Origin: Syntrophales bacterium | GTDB lineage: Bacteria; Desulfobacterota; Syntrophia; Syntrophales; UBA6807 | DNA length: 64,000 nt | Assembly (NCBI GenBank): GCA_040767195.1 | Contig: JAXGPA010000003.1 | Coordinates: 128,001 to 192,000, forward strand | Direction of reading: 5' to 3' | Shown here: piece by piece, positions 29,651 through 39,446 of the stretch | Numbering within the stretch: the stretch's first letter is position 1 | How the letters are laid out: each line of letters begins with the position of its first letter | Notes under the pieces: generated by a model | The model's database searches: none | What the model was told of the DNA's origin: nothing | Seen by the model: the letters and a program-made list of their open reading frames with translations, nothing else | Position numbers and translations under genes: made by a program

Positions 29651-30087
29651 TTGTACTCCATTAATATTTCCATATGACCTGTATGCTTGTCGACTTTTTC
29701 CTCGATGATTAAAAATCCACATTTTCTATAAAAATCAACGCTCCTGGGATTCTCTTGGTACACAGTGAGATACAATTTCTTTCTCAAAGATTTTGCCTTC
29801 TTCATCAATTGCTGTCCAATGCCTTTACCCTGGGCATCTGGAGAAACGAACATTGCCGCTAACGACTCTCCATTGAGCGAGATGAAACCCTTAACAGTTC
29901 CGTTCTCCGAAAAGACGTACGTATCCGAAGCTGGAATATATGTTTCACGCATGTCGCAAACTCTTGATTCCCAGAACTCTTTTCCAACAAAGCCATGCGC
30001 CCTGATTGTGGCTTCCAGCCAAATATTCAAGACATCATTCATATCCGATGATTCAAAAGTGCGTATCATGTCAGTCCTCAGACTCAT
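29644..30087 (-). CDS. GNAT acetyltransferase (YiaC/YjaB-like), gene cassette
   Basis: AHGF...W, QGKGIG, FYRKCGF; start may be the next ATG (30069). Confidence 0.85.
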   Translation of the reverse strand: MSLRTDMIRTFESSDMNDVLNIWLEATIRAHGFVGKEFWESRVCDMRETYIPASDTYVFSENGTVKGFISLNGESLAAMFVSPDAQGKGIGQQLMKKAKSLRKKLYLTVYQENPRSVDFYRKCGFLIIEEKVDKHTGHMEILMEYNS

Positions 30088-30144
30088 AACGAATTAAATC
30101 AACGGGGCGGTTTTGCCGCATTTGCTGGATCTGCTTGTCAGCGT
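30083..30144 (-). other. attC-like site
   Basis: Minus strand CGCTGAC-AAGCAGATCCAGC...TTGATTTAATTC-GTTATGAG with GCGG/CCGC inner stem. Confidence 0.65.
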
Positions 30145-30630
30145 CTTCGACATTTCCACACATGCCATTTGCCTTCCCGTTGGTAACTGGAAAAAACCTT
30201 CAAGGAGTTGGGTGTATCCGTGTTTCTGATAAAACGTCTTAGCATTCAGAGACGAATCCAGTTTAAGTTTTGCATGGCCTTTTTGAAGGGCAATTTTCTC
30301 AAGTTCCTGAAGCAGCCTCTTGCCAATGCCCCGTCCAGTAAACGCCGCCTTCACATAAATCGCCCCTATACGCTCTTGATATAAATCGAGTATGCCAAAT
30401 CCTGCAGGTTCATCGTTTAAGTAACCAATCAGCCCGACAGAATGGCTTTCAGCCATCTTCTGCTTGAGGTCACGGATTCGCTGCTTTGTCACCGGCGGAG
30501 ACCAGTCATTTAATATCTCTTGTCCGTAAAATTGCCGAGCTTCCCCTTGATGGACGGCGTCGTGGTGGATACGAACAACCGTTTCTACAATCTCTGATTC
30601 AGCAGATTCTGTTTTGAACAATTTCATCAT
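30094..30630 (-). CDS. GNAT acetyltransferase (YafP-like), gene cassette
   Basis: TGRGIG, DSSLNA..FY..HGY. Confidence 0.85.
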   Translation of the reverse strand: MMKLFKTESAESEIVETVVRIHHDAVHQGEARQFYGQEILNDWSPPVTKQRIRDLKQKMAESHSVGLIGYLNDEPAGFGILDLYQERIGAIYVKAAFTGRGIGKRLLQELEKIALQKGHAKLKLDSSLNAKTFYQKHGYTQLLEGFFQLPTGRQMACVEMSKTLTSRSSKCGKTAPLI

Positions 30631-30632
30631 GT

Positions 30633-30655
30633 GTGCTAACGGCGGAGCTAAGCGG
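30633..30655 (-). other. Half attC (L'/R' only) at head of array
   Basis: Minus strand CCGCTTAGCTCCGCC-GTTAGCAC, 2 nt before the GNAT ATG. Confidence 0.55.
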
Positions 30656-30739
30656 AGAAAACGATCAATATACGATTATACCTCTTATACCAGCTTCAGG
30701 AAAAATGCGTCATTGAAATTGGATGAATTTTCAAATCCT

Positions 30740-30850
30740 TTTAAAAATCAAATAATTATTATTGAAGAATGAACGTAAAATGTGTTTAAAAATCAAATAA
30801 TTGTTATTGAAGGAAAACGTAAAATGTGTCTATTATCAGCACGTAAAATG
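30740..30850. repeat. AT-rich 45/44-bp tandem repeat with a third ACGTAAAATG copy
   Basis: TTTAAAAATCAAATAATT(A/G)TTATTGAAG...ACGTAAAATGTG twice, plus 30841-30850. Confidence 0.85.
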
Positions 30851-31093
30851 GATAATCAGAAACATTCGGCACGTCATATTGAGAATGTGTGGTTCGTATT
30901 ATCGGGAACGGTGCTGAGCGGATCAAGGAAACCACCCCCGAGCGATCACGGTGAAACATGAATGGGAAAAAAACCGAATCAATCAATTACGTACAGCACG
31001 TCAAAAACCATAAAAAACCGATTGGGAAACTCCCGTCAAAATCGACTTCAATCCCGAATTCCACCGTGCCGTCTGAATCCCGAACTGGAACTC

Positions 31094-32608
31094 ATGGAGA
31101 AGACGGACAGGCACGTCTTCGTCACGGGCCGGGCGGGCACGGGAAAATCGACGCTCCTTCAATATTTCCGCAGCCGCACGGGCAAGAACGCCGTGATCCT
31201 GGCGCCGACGGGCGTGGCCGCCGTCAACGTGGGCGGGCAGACCATCCACTCCTTTTTCCATTTCAAGCCGAACGTGACGCCGGCGTCCATCCGCAAGAAG
31301 CGGCGTGCGGAACAGGGCAAGCCGACGATTTACAAGAAGCTGACCACGATTGTGATCGACGAAGTCTCCATGGTGCGGGCCGACCTGCTGGACTGCGTGG
31401 ACAGGTTCCTGCGGCTCAACGGTCCCGATCCGAAAAAACCCTTCGGCGGCGTGCAGATGATCCTCATCGGCGATCTGTATCAATTGCCCCCCGTCGTCTC
31501 CGGCCGGGAAAAGGAGATTTTCCGCGGGCATTATGAAAGCCCGTACTTCTTCAGCGCCGCCGTCTTCGATCAAATGAACCTGGAATTCGTCGAACTCGAA
31601 AAAGTGTATCGCCAGAAGGACGACGAGTTCGTCCGCCTGCTCAACGCCATCCGCAACCGCACGGTGACCGATGACGACCTGGCGCTCCTGAACCGGCGCT
31701 GCGATCCCGCCTTTGAAGCCCCTGCCGAAGCCTTTTACATATCTCTGACCAGTGTCAACAAGACGGCCGATCGGGTCAACGAGGAGCAGCTGGCCCGGCT
31801 GCCAGGCCGGATATGGAAAGCCCACGGTCTTATGGAAGGGGAATTCGACCGGGACTATCTTCCGACGGCCACGGAACTGAAACTCAAGAAGGGCGCCCAG
31901 ATCATGCTCCTGAACAATGACTCTTACGGGCGCTGGATCAACGGCACCATCGGGAAAGTCAAGGGCTTCAAGAAAGACAGGGAGGGCGAGGACGTTATCA
32001 CGGCCTCACTGGATAACGGCAAAACCGTTGAAATCGGCGTTTACACCTGGGAAATCTACCGTTTCTTCCTGAAGGACGGGGAGCTTGTCTCCGAGGCCGT
32101 CGGTTCCTTCAGCCAGTACCCGGTGCGGCTGGCCTTTGCCGTCACCATCCACAAGAGCCAGGGGAAAACCTTTGAACGGGCCGTCATCGACGTGGGCCGG
32201 GGCACCTTCGCCCATGGGCAGATGTACGTGGCGCTCTCGCGGTGCGTATCCCTGGACGGGATCGTTCTGAGGCAGCCGCTCAAGAAAAGCCATATCCTCA
32301 TGGACTGGCGGATTGTCCGGTTCCTGACGGGCCTCCAATACGACAGGGCGGAACAGAAGTGTTCCCAGTCGGACAAGCTGGCGATGATCCGTTCGGCTAT
32401 CGAGGAAAAGAGAACCCTGGACATCCTCTACCTGAAGGCGAAGGACGTGAAATCCCGTCGCACGATCCGGCCCCTTTCCGTGGGAGACATGGAATACAAC
32501 GGGCATCCCTATGTGGGGATGAATGCTTATTGCCTGATGCGCAGGGAAAAACGGGTTTTCAACGTGGACCGGATCCTGGAAATCGGCTGGTCGGAAAAAG
32601 ACGGGTGA
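31094..32608 (+). CDS. PIF1-like SF1B helicase with C-terminal WYL domain
   Basis: TGRAGTGKST, APTGVAA, DEVSMV, GDLYQLPP, TIHKSQG, YVALSR; tail RTIRP...AYCLMRREKRVFNVDRI; frame open from 30962. Confidence 0.85.
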   Translation: MEKTDRHVFVTGRAGTGKSTLLQYFRSRTGKNAVILAPTGVAAVNVGGQTIHSFFHFKPNVTPASIRKKRRAEQGKPTIYKKLTTIVIDEVSMVRADLLDCVDRFLRLNGPDPKKPFGGVQMILIGDLYQLPPVVSGREKEIFRGHYESPYFFSAAVFDQMNLEFVELEKVYRQKDDEFVRLLNAIRNRTVTDDDLALLNRRCDPAFEAPAEAFYISLTSVNKTADRVNEEQLARLPGRIWKAHGLMEGEFDRDYLPTATELKLKKGAQIMLLNNDSYGRWINGTIGKVKGFKKDREGEDVITASLDNGKTVEIGVYTWEIYRFFLKDGELVSEAVGSFSQYPVRLAFAVTIHKSQGKTFERAVIDVGRGTFAHGQMYVALSRCVSLDGIVLRQPLKKSHILMDWRIVRFLTGLQYDRAEQKCSQSDKLAMIRSAIEEKRTLDILYLKAKDVKSRRTIRPLSVGDMEYNGHPYVGMNAYCLMRREKRVFNVDRILEIGWSEKDG

Positions 32609-32655
32609 GGCAGGCCGTCGACGGCCTCCCCCGGAAGACGTGGAAGGAAAAAGAA

Positions 32656-32694
32656 AAAGGGGCTGACGGTCATACGCCGGCCCCTTGTTTTATT
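32656..32694. terminator. Bidirectional terminator between helicase and tRNA-His
   Basis: AAAAGGGGCTG...CCGGCCCCTTGTTT. Confidence 0.55.
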
Positions 32695-32696
32695 TA

Positions 32697-32773
32697 TGGG
32701 GTGAGTGATGGGACTTGAACCCACAGCCTCCGGGGCCACAACCCGGCACTCTAACCTTTGAGCTACACCCACC
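32697..32773 (-). tRNA. tRNA-His(GTG)
   Basis: Cloverleaf, anticodon loop TTGTGGC, GTTCAAGTC, G-1:C73, encoded CCA. Confidence 0.95.
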
Positions 32774-33076
32774 ACAGGGCTTTTCCGGGATTATCCTTTA
32801 AAAAAAGAACTCTCCCTCTGAAAGAGCCGATTTCTATCACAAGACAGGGGGTTCGTCAAGAATCGTTTCCGCCGTCCTGGCGCGGATACCGGTCCACCGC
32901 CATGGAAGGAAACTCGTCCTGCTGAAACGCCAGGCGGAGGAAGTGTTATGCAAAAGAGACTCTCCATGCAAAAGACCCTGAAGGGCCGGTCTGCGTCTTC
33001 TGTTTTCCGCTGAGACTCCGGCCCGGAGGTCCCGGGTTACCCGTTTCCCAGGTCCTCCCGGAGAGAGCCTGAAGGT

Positions 33077-34720
33077 TTATCTCCCGAAGACCCTCCGGAT
33101 CATTTCCGTCGCCGCCTCCTGGATGTCGTTGAGATGGGCCCTCCCCCTGAAGCTCTCCGCATAAATCTTGTAGATGTTCTCTGTCCCGGAAGGACGGGCG
33201 GCGAACCAGCCGTTTTCGGAAACGACCTTGAGCCCGCCGATGGGCGCCCCGTTGCCCGGCGCCTCGGTCAGGATGGCCAGGACAGGTTCTCCGGCGAGGG
33301 TTTCTTCCCGGACGTCCCGCGATGACAGCCGGGAGAGCCGTTCTTTTTCCTCCGCCGTCGCCGGGATGTCCCGGCGCTCGTAGAGAGGTTCCCCGAACCG
33401 ATCGGCCAGGTCTTTGTAGTGTTCCCCGGGATCCCGCCCGGTGACGGCGAGGATTTCCGCCGCCAGGAGATCCATGAGGATGCCGTCCTTGTCCGTCGTC
33501 CAGACCGTCCCGTCTTTCCGGAGGAAGGACGCGCCCGCGCTCTCCTCGCCGGAAAACCCGCACCGCCCCGATCTGAGGTCCTCCACGAACCACTTGAATC
33601 CCACGGGGACTTCCACGACGTTTCTTCCAAGATGGGCCGCCACCCGGTCGATCAGGGTGCTGCTCACCAGGGTCTTCCCCACGGTCACCTCCGGTCCCCA
33701 GAGGGGGCGATGCTGAAAGAGATACCACACGGACACGGCCAGGTAGTGGTTCGGGTTCATGAGCCCTCCGTGGCGGCACACGATGCCGTGACGGTCGCTG
33801 TCCGGGTCGTTTCCGAAGGCGATGTCATAGCCGCGGCTCAGGTCGATGAGGCTCGCCATGGCGTAAGGGGATGAGCAGTCCATCCGGATTTTCCCGTCGT
33901 GGTCCAGGGTCATGAAACGGAAGGCGGCGTCGACGGTCTTGTTCACGACGGTGAGATCGAGCCCGTATTTTTCGGCGAGAGGTTCCCAGAAAGGGAGAGA
34001 GGCCCCTCCCAGGGGATCCACGGCCATCCGGATGCCCGAAGCCCTGACGGCTTCCAGGTCGACGGCCGTGGAAATGTCGTCGACATAGGGGCCGACGAAA
34101 TCGTGAAACCGCACGTTTTCGCTTTTCAGGGCCTTTTCGTAGCTGACCCTCTTGACGCCCCGGTTGCCGTCGGCCAGATAGCGGTTCGCCTTCTTTTCGA
34201 TGGCGCCCGTCGTTCCTGTCGGTGCCGGCCCGCCGTCGGGGGGGTTGTATTTGAATCCGCCGTCCTCGGGGGGGTTGTGAGACGGGGTGATGACGATGCC
34301 GTCCGCCGGGGCGTCCGGGTCGCGCCGGTTGTGGGTCAGGATGGCATGGGAGATGACCGGCGTCGGGGTGTACCCGGAATCTTTCTGGATGCGCACGGCG
34401 ACGCCGTTCGCCCCGAGGACCTCGAGGGCCGTCCTGTGGCTCGGCTCGGACAGGGCGTGGGTGTCCATGCCCAGAAAGAGAGGACCGCTGATCCCTTCTT
34501 CCCGGCGGTAGTCGCATATGGCCTGAGTGACGGCGACAATGTGGTCTTCGTTGAAAGACCCCGTGAATGACGATCCCCGGTGTCCCGACGTCCCGAAAGC
34601 GATCCGCTGTGCTCTGTCGTCAGGGTCGGGACGCTCCGTGTAGTAGGCCGTTACCAGTCTTGGAATATTGACGAGCATGGAGGGGGGAACGGGTTTCCCC
34701 GCCAGAGGGTGGGTCTTCAT
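33077..34720 (-). CDS. pgm: Phosphoglucomutase
   Basis: [32 protein letters not shown]. Confidence 0.95.
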   Translation of the reverse strand: MKTHPLAGKPVPPSMLVNIPRLVTAYYTERPDPDDRAQRIAFGTSGHRGSSFTGSFNEDHIVAVTQAICDYRREEGISGPLFLGMDTHALSEPSHRTALEVLGANGVAVRIQKDSGYTPTPVISHAILTHNRRDPDAPADGIVITPSHNPPEDGGFKYNPPDGGPAPTGTTGAIEKKANRYLADGNRGVKRVSYEKALKSENVRFHDFVGPYVDDISTAVDLEAVRASGIRMAVDPLGGASLPFWEPLAEKYGLDLTVVNKTVDAAFRFMTLDHDGKIRMDCSSPYAMASLIDLSRGYDIAFGNDPDSDRHGIVCRHGGLMNPNHYLAVSVWYLFQHRPLWGPEVTVGKTLVSSTLIDRVAAHLGRNVVEVPVGFKWFVEDLRSGRCGFSGEESAGASFLRKDGTVWTTDKDGILMDLLAAEILAVTGRDPGEHYKDLADRFGEPLYERRDIPATAEEKERLSRLSSRDVREETLAGEPVLAILTEAPGNGAPIGGLKVVSENGWFAARPSGTENIYKIYAESFRGRAHLNDIQEAATEMIRRVFGR

Positions 34721-34911
34721 GGGGTCCTCCTTCAATGTCTGTCCTCTTCACAGGCTTCGTAGCATTTTAACAGCAAATCCCGTCCCTGAAAACGAAAATC
34801 CTTTGATTCTCCTGAAAAACACTTGACAAAAAGGTGAGGCCCGTCTATGTAATCCTTCACTTTCGAAATCGCCGCCGGCGGATCGCGAGAAATTCAACGG
34901 GTCGTTCTTCC

Positions 34912-35154
34912 ATGACTAAAAAAGGCAAAAAGGGGCGAATCACCGTCGACCGGGAGTTTTGCAAAGGCTGTTATCTCTGCATTGCCGTCTGCCCCACCGA
35001 ATCTATCGGCATTTCCAGCGAGCTGAACCAGAAAGGGTATTACCCGGCGGAATTCCTCGACGGGAAAACGCCTGGACAGGAAATCCGCTGCACCGGCTGT
35101 GCCACCTGCGCCCTTGTCTGCCCGGATGTGGCCATCGAGGTTTATCGTGAATGA
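34912..35154 (+). CDS. 2-oxoacid:ferredoxin oxidoreductase delta (4Fe-4S) subunit
   Basis: CKGCYLCIAVCP, CTGCATCALVCPD. Confidence 0.88.
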   Translation: MTKKGKKGRITVDREFCKGCYLCIAVCPTESIGISSELNQKGYYPAEFLDGKTPGQEIRCTGCATCALVCPDVAIEVYRE

Positions 35155-36229
35155 AAAGGTCCTGATGCGGGGGAGCCACGTGATCGCCGAGTCGGCGATC
35201 CGGGCGGGATGCCGGTTCTATGCCGGGTATCCCATCACACCACAGAACGAATTTACGGAATACATGGCCGGCGCCATGGCGAAACTGGACGGGGGAACCT
35301 TTATCCAGGCCGAGAGCGAGATCGCGGCCATCAACATGGTCATCGGCGCGTCCATGGCCGGGGCCCGGGCCATGACGAGTTCCTCCAGCCCCGGCGTGAG
35401 CCTCAAGCAGGAAGGGATCTCTTTTCTCGCCTCCCAGGAACTTCCCGCGGTCATCGTCAACACCATGCGCGGCGGCCCGGGAATGGGCAACATCGCCCCG
35501 TCCCAGGGGGATTACTTCCAGGCGACCCGCGGGGGCGGTCACGGCGATTACCGGACCATCGTTCTCGCGCCGGGCGGCGGGCAGGAACTGGCGGACCTGA
35601 CGACGAAGGCCTTTGACTACGCCGACCAGTATCGAACGCCCGTGGTCATCCTCGCCGACGGCATGATGGGCCAGATGATGGAACCGGTGGTGCTTCACAG
35701 GCCGGTGGAGCTTTCCGAACTCCCCCCCAAGCCTTGGAAACTGGACGGTGCCGCCGGGAGACCGAGCCACTTCATCCGTTCCCTTCTTCTCAACGTCTCC
35801 CAGGAAGAGGAACTCAACTGGAAACTTGCCCGTAAATACGACAATATCTCCCGGGAAATCCCCCGGGCCGAATCCTACCTCACCGACGACGCCCGGTTCG
35901 TCGTGGTGGCCTACGGCACGGCGGCGCGGATCGCCAAGGGGGCCATCAAGCGGGTTCGGGAAATCGGGCTCAAGGTGGGTCTTTTCAGGCCCATCACCCT
36001 GTGGCCCTACCCGAAACGGGTCCTTTATGAAATGAGCCGTTTCGCCCGGGAGTTCCTGGTTTTCGAGATGAACACCGGCCAGATGGTGGAAGACGTGAAG
36101 CTGTCCCTCGAGGGCCGGGGCAACGTACACTTCTATGGCCGGCCCGGCGGCAGCATCGCCACGCCCGACGAGGTCGCCAAGGTCATCAACAGCCTCTATC
36201 ACCGTCAGCACCTGGAAGAGGAACCCTGA
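35147..36229 (+). CDS. vorB: 2-oxoisovalerate-type 2-oxoacid:ferredoxin oxidoreductase alpha subunit
   Basis: GYPITPQ, QAESE, SSSPG, RGGPG, EMNTGQM. Confidence 0.82.
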   Translation: MNEKVLMRGSHVIAESAIRAGCRFYAGYPITPQNEFTEYMAGAMAKLDGGTFIQAESEIAAINMVIGASMAGARAMTSSSSPGVSLKQEGISFLASQELPAVIVNTMRGGPGMGNIAPSQGDYFQATRGGGHGDYRTIVLAPGGGQELADLTTKAFDYADQYRTPVVILADGMMGQMMEPVVLHRPVELSELPPKPWKLDGAAGRPSHFIRSLLLNVSQEEELNWKLARKYDNISREIPRAESYLTDDARFVVVAYGTAARIAKGAIKRVREIGLKVGLFRPITLWPYPKRVLYEMSRFAREFLVFEMNTGQMVEDVKLSLEGRGNVHFYGRPGGSIATPDEVAKVINSLYHRQHLEEEP

Positions 36230-36984
36230 TGGAAAAAAAGGTGTTTCAGAGACCGCGATACCTGAAGAAGGTGTCGAACCACTACTGTCCCGGATGCGGC
36301 CACAGCATCATTCATCGCCTCGTGGCCGAGGTCATCGAGGAACTGGGCATCCGCGACCGGACCATCGGCGTTCCCCCGGCGGGCTGTGCCGTTCTGGCCT
36401 ATGACTACATCGACGTGGACATGGGCGAGTCCCCTCACGGAAGAGGCGTGGCCCTCGCCACGGGGATCAAGAGGGTCCTGCCGGACCGGATCGTTTTTTC
36501 CTACCAGGGAGATGGAGACATCGCCGCCATCGGCACCGCCGAGACGATCCACGGGGCGAACCGGGGTGAACGGATCACCGCGATTTTCGTCAACAACGGC
36601 TGTTACGGGATGACGGGCGGCCAGATGGCCCCGACAACGATCGTGGGCCAGTCCTCGACGACCACCCCGGGCGGGCGCCATGCCCTGAGAGACGGCCATC
36701 CCGTGGACCTGAGCGAGATGCTCGCCGTGGCGAAGGGAAGCGTCTACATCGAGCGGACGGCCGTCAACTCGCCGAAGAACATCCTCCGGACCAAGCGGGC
36801 CCTGACCAAGGCCTTCAAGACGCAGATGTCCGGACTCGGTTTTTCTCTCGTCGAAGTCCTGTCCCCCTGCCCCACCAACTGGAAACTCAGCCCCGTGGAG
36901 GCCAACCGCTGGGTGGAGGAAACGATGACGAAGATATTTCCCCTCAAGGTGATCAAGGACGAAACGGGGAAAGAGGAACAGTAA
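36229..36984 (+). CDS. 2-oxoacid:ferredoxin oxidoreductase beta (TPP-binding) subunit
   Basis: YCPGCGH, QGDGD, YGMTGGQ, SPCPT. Confidence 0.9.
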   Translation: MEKKVFQRPRYLKKVSNHYCPGCGHSIIHRLVAEVIEELGIRDRTIGVPPAGCAVLAYDYIDVDMGESPHGRGVALATGIKRVLPDRIVFSYQGDGDIAAIGTAETIHGANRGERITAIFVNNGCYGMTGGQMAPTTIVGQSSTTTPGGRHALRDGHPVDLSEMLAVAKGSVYIERTAVNSPKNILRTKRALTKAFKTQMSGLGFSLVEVLSPCPTNWKLSPVEANRWVEETMTKIFPLKVIKDETGKEEQ

Positions 36985-37004
36985 ACCAGCGACAGGAATT
37001 CCTG

Positions 37005-37559
37005 ATGAAAAAAACGATTTTTGCCGGGTTCGGCGGCCAGGGCGTTCTCATGATGGGCTACGCCTTCGCCGTGGCCTCCATGCTGGACGGGAAACACGTC
37101 ACCTACCTCCCCTCCTACGGTGCGGAAATGCGCGGAGGAACGGCCAACTGCACCGTGGCGGTGTCGGACGAGGAAATCTTCTCTCCCGTGGCATCCTCTC
37201 CCGACTACGGCGTCATCATGAACAAGCCGTCCATGATCCGTTACGAAAGCGCCATGAAACCGGGCGGAACCATTCTTCTCAATTCAAATCTCGTTGACAT
37301 GGAGCCCTCGCGGCGGGACATCGAGATCTTCAAGGTTCCCGCCAACGACCTGGTCAGGAAGGCCGGAAGCGATCAGACGGCAAACATGATCATGCTCGGC
37401 GCCTTCACGACCCTGACGGGGATGACCTCCCTCGATTCCATCCTGCGGGGCCTGGAAGAAATCACCCGGGGAAAGAAGGCCGCCCTGATGAAACTGAACA
37501 GGGCCTGCCTCGACCTGGGTGCCGAATACGTGAAAAACAGCCTTGCCCAGGGCGGCTGA
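37005..37559 (+). CDS. 2-oxoacid:ferredoxin oxidoreductase gamma subunit
   Basis: AGFGGQG, PSYGAEMRGG. Confidence 0.9.
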   Translation: MKKTIFAGFGGQGVLMMGYAFAVASMLDGKHVTYLPSYGAEMRGGTANCTVAVSDEEIFSPVASSPDYGVIMNKPSMIRYESAMKPGGTILLNSNLVDMEPSRRDIEIFKVPANDLVRKAGSDQTANMIMLGAFTTLTGMTSLDSILRGLEEITRGKKAALMKLNRACLDLGAEYVKNSLAQGG

Positions 37560-37590
37560 AACCTTTTATGATGCAGCGAGGAGTGCTTTC

Positions 37591-38019
37591 ATGAAAACGG
37601 TTAAACAGATCGATCTCTCCGTGGAAAACGTTCCCGGATCCCTTTCCCGGGTCAGCGATCTTTTGAGCGAGTATCGGATCAACGTCATCGCCTGTTATGC
37701 CACGGCCCAGGAGCAGGAGTTCAATTTTCACTTCATCGCCAACGACCCCGACAAGGCCATCAATGTCCTTAGCACGGCGGGATACCGCTTCGATGTCCGT
37801 GAGGTCATCGCCTGCGAGATCCCCCATCACCCCGGCGGCCTGAACGCCATCCTGAAGCCCCTGAAGAAAGCGAACATCAACGTGGATTTCATGTATCCCT
37901 GCATCGCCACGGGAGACATCGCCGTCCTCATCGTGGGTCTTCAGGCGCTGCGGGAAGCCCTGAAAATTTTTGAGGACAACTGGATCCGGATCCTCGGAAA
38001 CGAGCTCTACCACATCTGA
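37591..38019 (+). CDS. Double ACT-domain protein
   Basis: Q.S..EN.PG.L, HPGGL..IL, INVDFMY. Confidence 0.8.
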   Translation: MKTVKQIDLSVENVPGSLSRVSDLLSEYRINVIACYATAQEQEFNFHFIANDPDKAINVLSTAGYRFDVREVIACEIPHHPGGLNAILKPLKKANINVDFMYPCIATGDIAVLIVGLQALREALKIFEDNWIRILGNELYHI

Positions 38020-39228
38020 TCACGTCAAAGGAAGGTCTTCCCCGTCCGGCGGCTCCTCGTCGGGCAGATTCTTTGCCTTTCTCATTTCCTCGATCTTCAG
38101 GAGAGACCGCTCCAGCTGGTTTCTCCTGACCGAAACGAGGGCCTCGTATTCCCTCTGGGCCTCTTCGATTTTTTTCCCCATCCGCTCCATGGTTCCCACA
38201 AAACCGTTCCATTGCCTGTAGAAAGAGGAAAAGAGCGTGAGAATCCGGGAGGCCGTCTTTTCAAGGTGGAAGTTCTCCACGCCCCGCCGGATCACCGCGA
38301 GAACGGCATAGAGGGTGACGGGCGAACACAGGACCACCTGCCGGGCCATGGCTTCATCCATGATGGTGGTGTCGCACTCGTGGATGAAGGCGAAAACCTG
38401 TTCATTGGGGATGAAAACAATGAGACAATCCACGGTCTGGTCCTCCGGCCGGACGTATTCGCGGGTCGACACGTCCCGGATCCGTAGACGGACGTCCCGG
38501 AGAAACTGGGTTTTGCAGCGCTCCCTTTCCTCGTCACCTTCCGCCTCCACGAAACGGAGATAGTTGTCCAGGGGAAATTTGACGTCCATGTGAACCTTCT
38601 TTCCCCCGGGGAGGAAAAAAGTGTAATCGGGTCGTTTTCCCGTAGACTCCTGGGTTTCCTGTTTCACGTAATTGACGCCTTCGACGAGGCCCGAAGCCCG
38701 GAGCACGTCTTCCGCCATCCGCTCCCCCCACTGTCCCCGTATTTTCGTGTTCGTCAGGGCCGAACGGAGCCCTTCGGCGGTCTCACGAAGCATCCGGGTC
38801 TGTTCCGCCGCGTGACCCATCTGGAATTTAAGTTCCCCGAATTTCTGTTCCCGGTCTTTTTCGAATGTCGTAATAAGTTCCTGGACCTTCAGGAGATCGC
38901 CCTTCATGCCTCCGAGAACCTGGTCGATGAGGGCTTTTTTGCTCTCCAGTTCCCTTCCCCCCATCTCCATCTGGTTTCCCAGGGTTTCCCGGGCCATTTT
39001 CAGGAATTCCTCCGAATTCCGGTACAGGGCCTGGAGGGACAGGGCCCCGAAGGAATCCTTCATGTGGTTGCTCAGGCGGTCGAACTCGGCGGAGCGGTGA
39101 CGGTCCGTTTCATCGAGGATGCTCCGGGCCAGCCCTTCCGCGTTCTGCCAGCGGACGGAGACGAAAACGAGAGCGCCGGTGGCCCCCATAACCATGCCTG
39201 CCATGAAGTAGAAAATCGAGGAATCCAT
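38020..39228 (-). CDS. rmuC: DNA recombination protein RmuC
   Basis: RGQWGE, RPD, DVKFP, FIPNE. Confidence 0.9.
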   Translation of the reverse strand: MDSSIFYFMAGMVMGATGALVFVSVRWQNAEGLARSILDETDRHRSAEFDRLSNHMKDSFGALSLQALYRNSEEFLKMARETLGNQMEMGGRELESKKALIDQVLGGMKGDLLKVQELITTFEKDREQKFGELKFQMGHAAEQTRMLRETAEGLRSALTNTKIRGQWGERMAEDVLRASGLVEGVNYVKQETQESTGKRPDYTFFLPGGKKVHMDVKFPLDNYLRFVEAEGDEERERCKTQFLRDVRLRIRDVSTREYVRPEDQTVDCLIVFIPNEQVFAFIHECDTTIMDEAMARQVVLCSPVTLYAVLAVIRRGVENFHLEKTASRILTLFSSFYRQWNGFVGTMERMGKKIEEAQREYEALVSVRRNQLERSLLKIEEMRKAKNLPDEEPPDGEDLPLT

Positions 39229-39446
39229 TCATTTCTCCTGAAATATGATCTGTTTGCAGCGGCCTCAAAAACGCGGATCGACCCGGGTGGCGAGTCGTTC
39301 AAAAACCGGAGGTCTCCTGCCCTGCTTGAAGGTTGGCGGATTTGTTAAAATTGCATTGATCCTCCCAGGGGTTATATGTTATGCAATTAAATGATGATTT
39401 TTCTCCACGGATACCATGAAAAACATTCCTTTTGGGGGGAAAGGCA

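Noticed and set aside
32527..32775. ORFs overlapping tRNA-His (and 60214-60453 over tRNA-Leu)
   Set aside because: Explained by the tRNA genes
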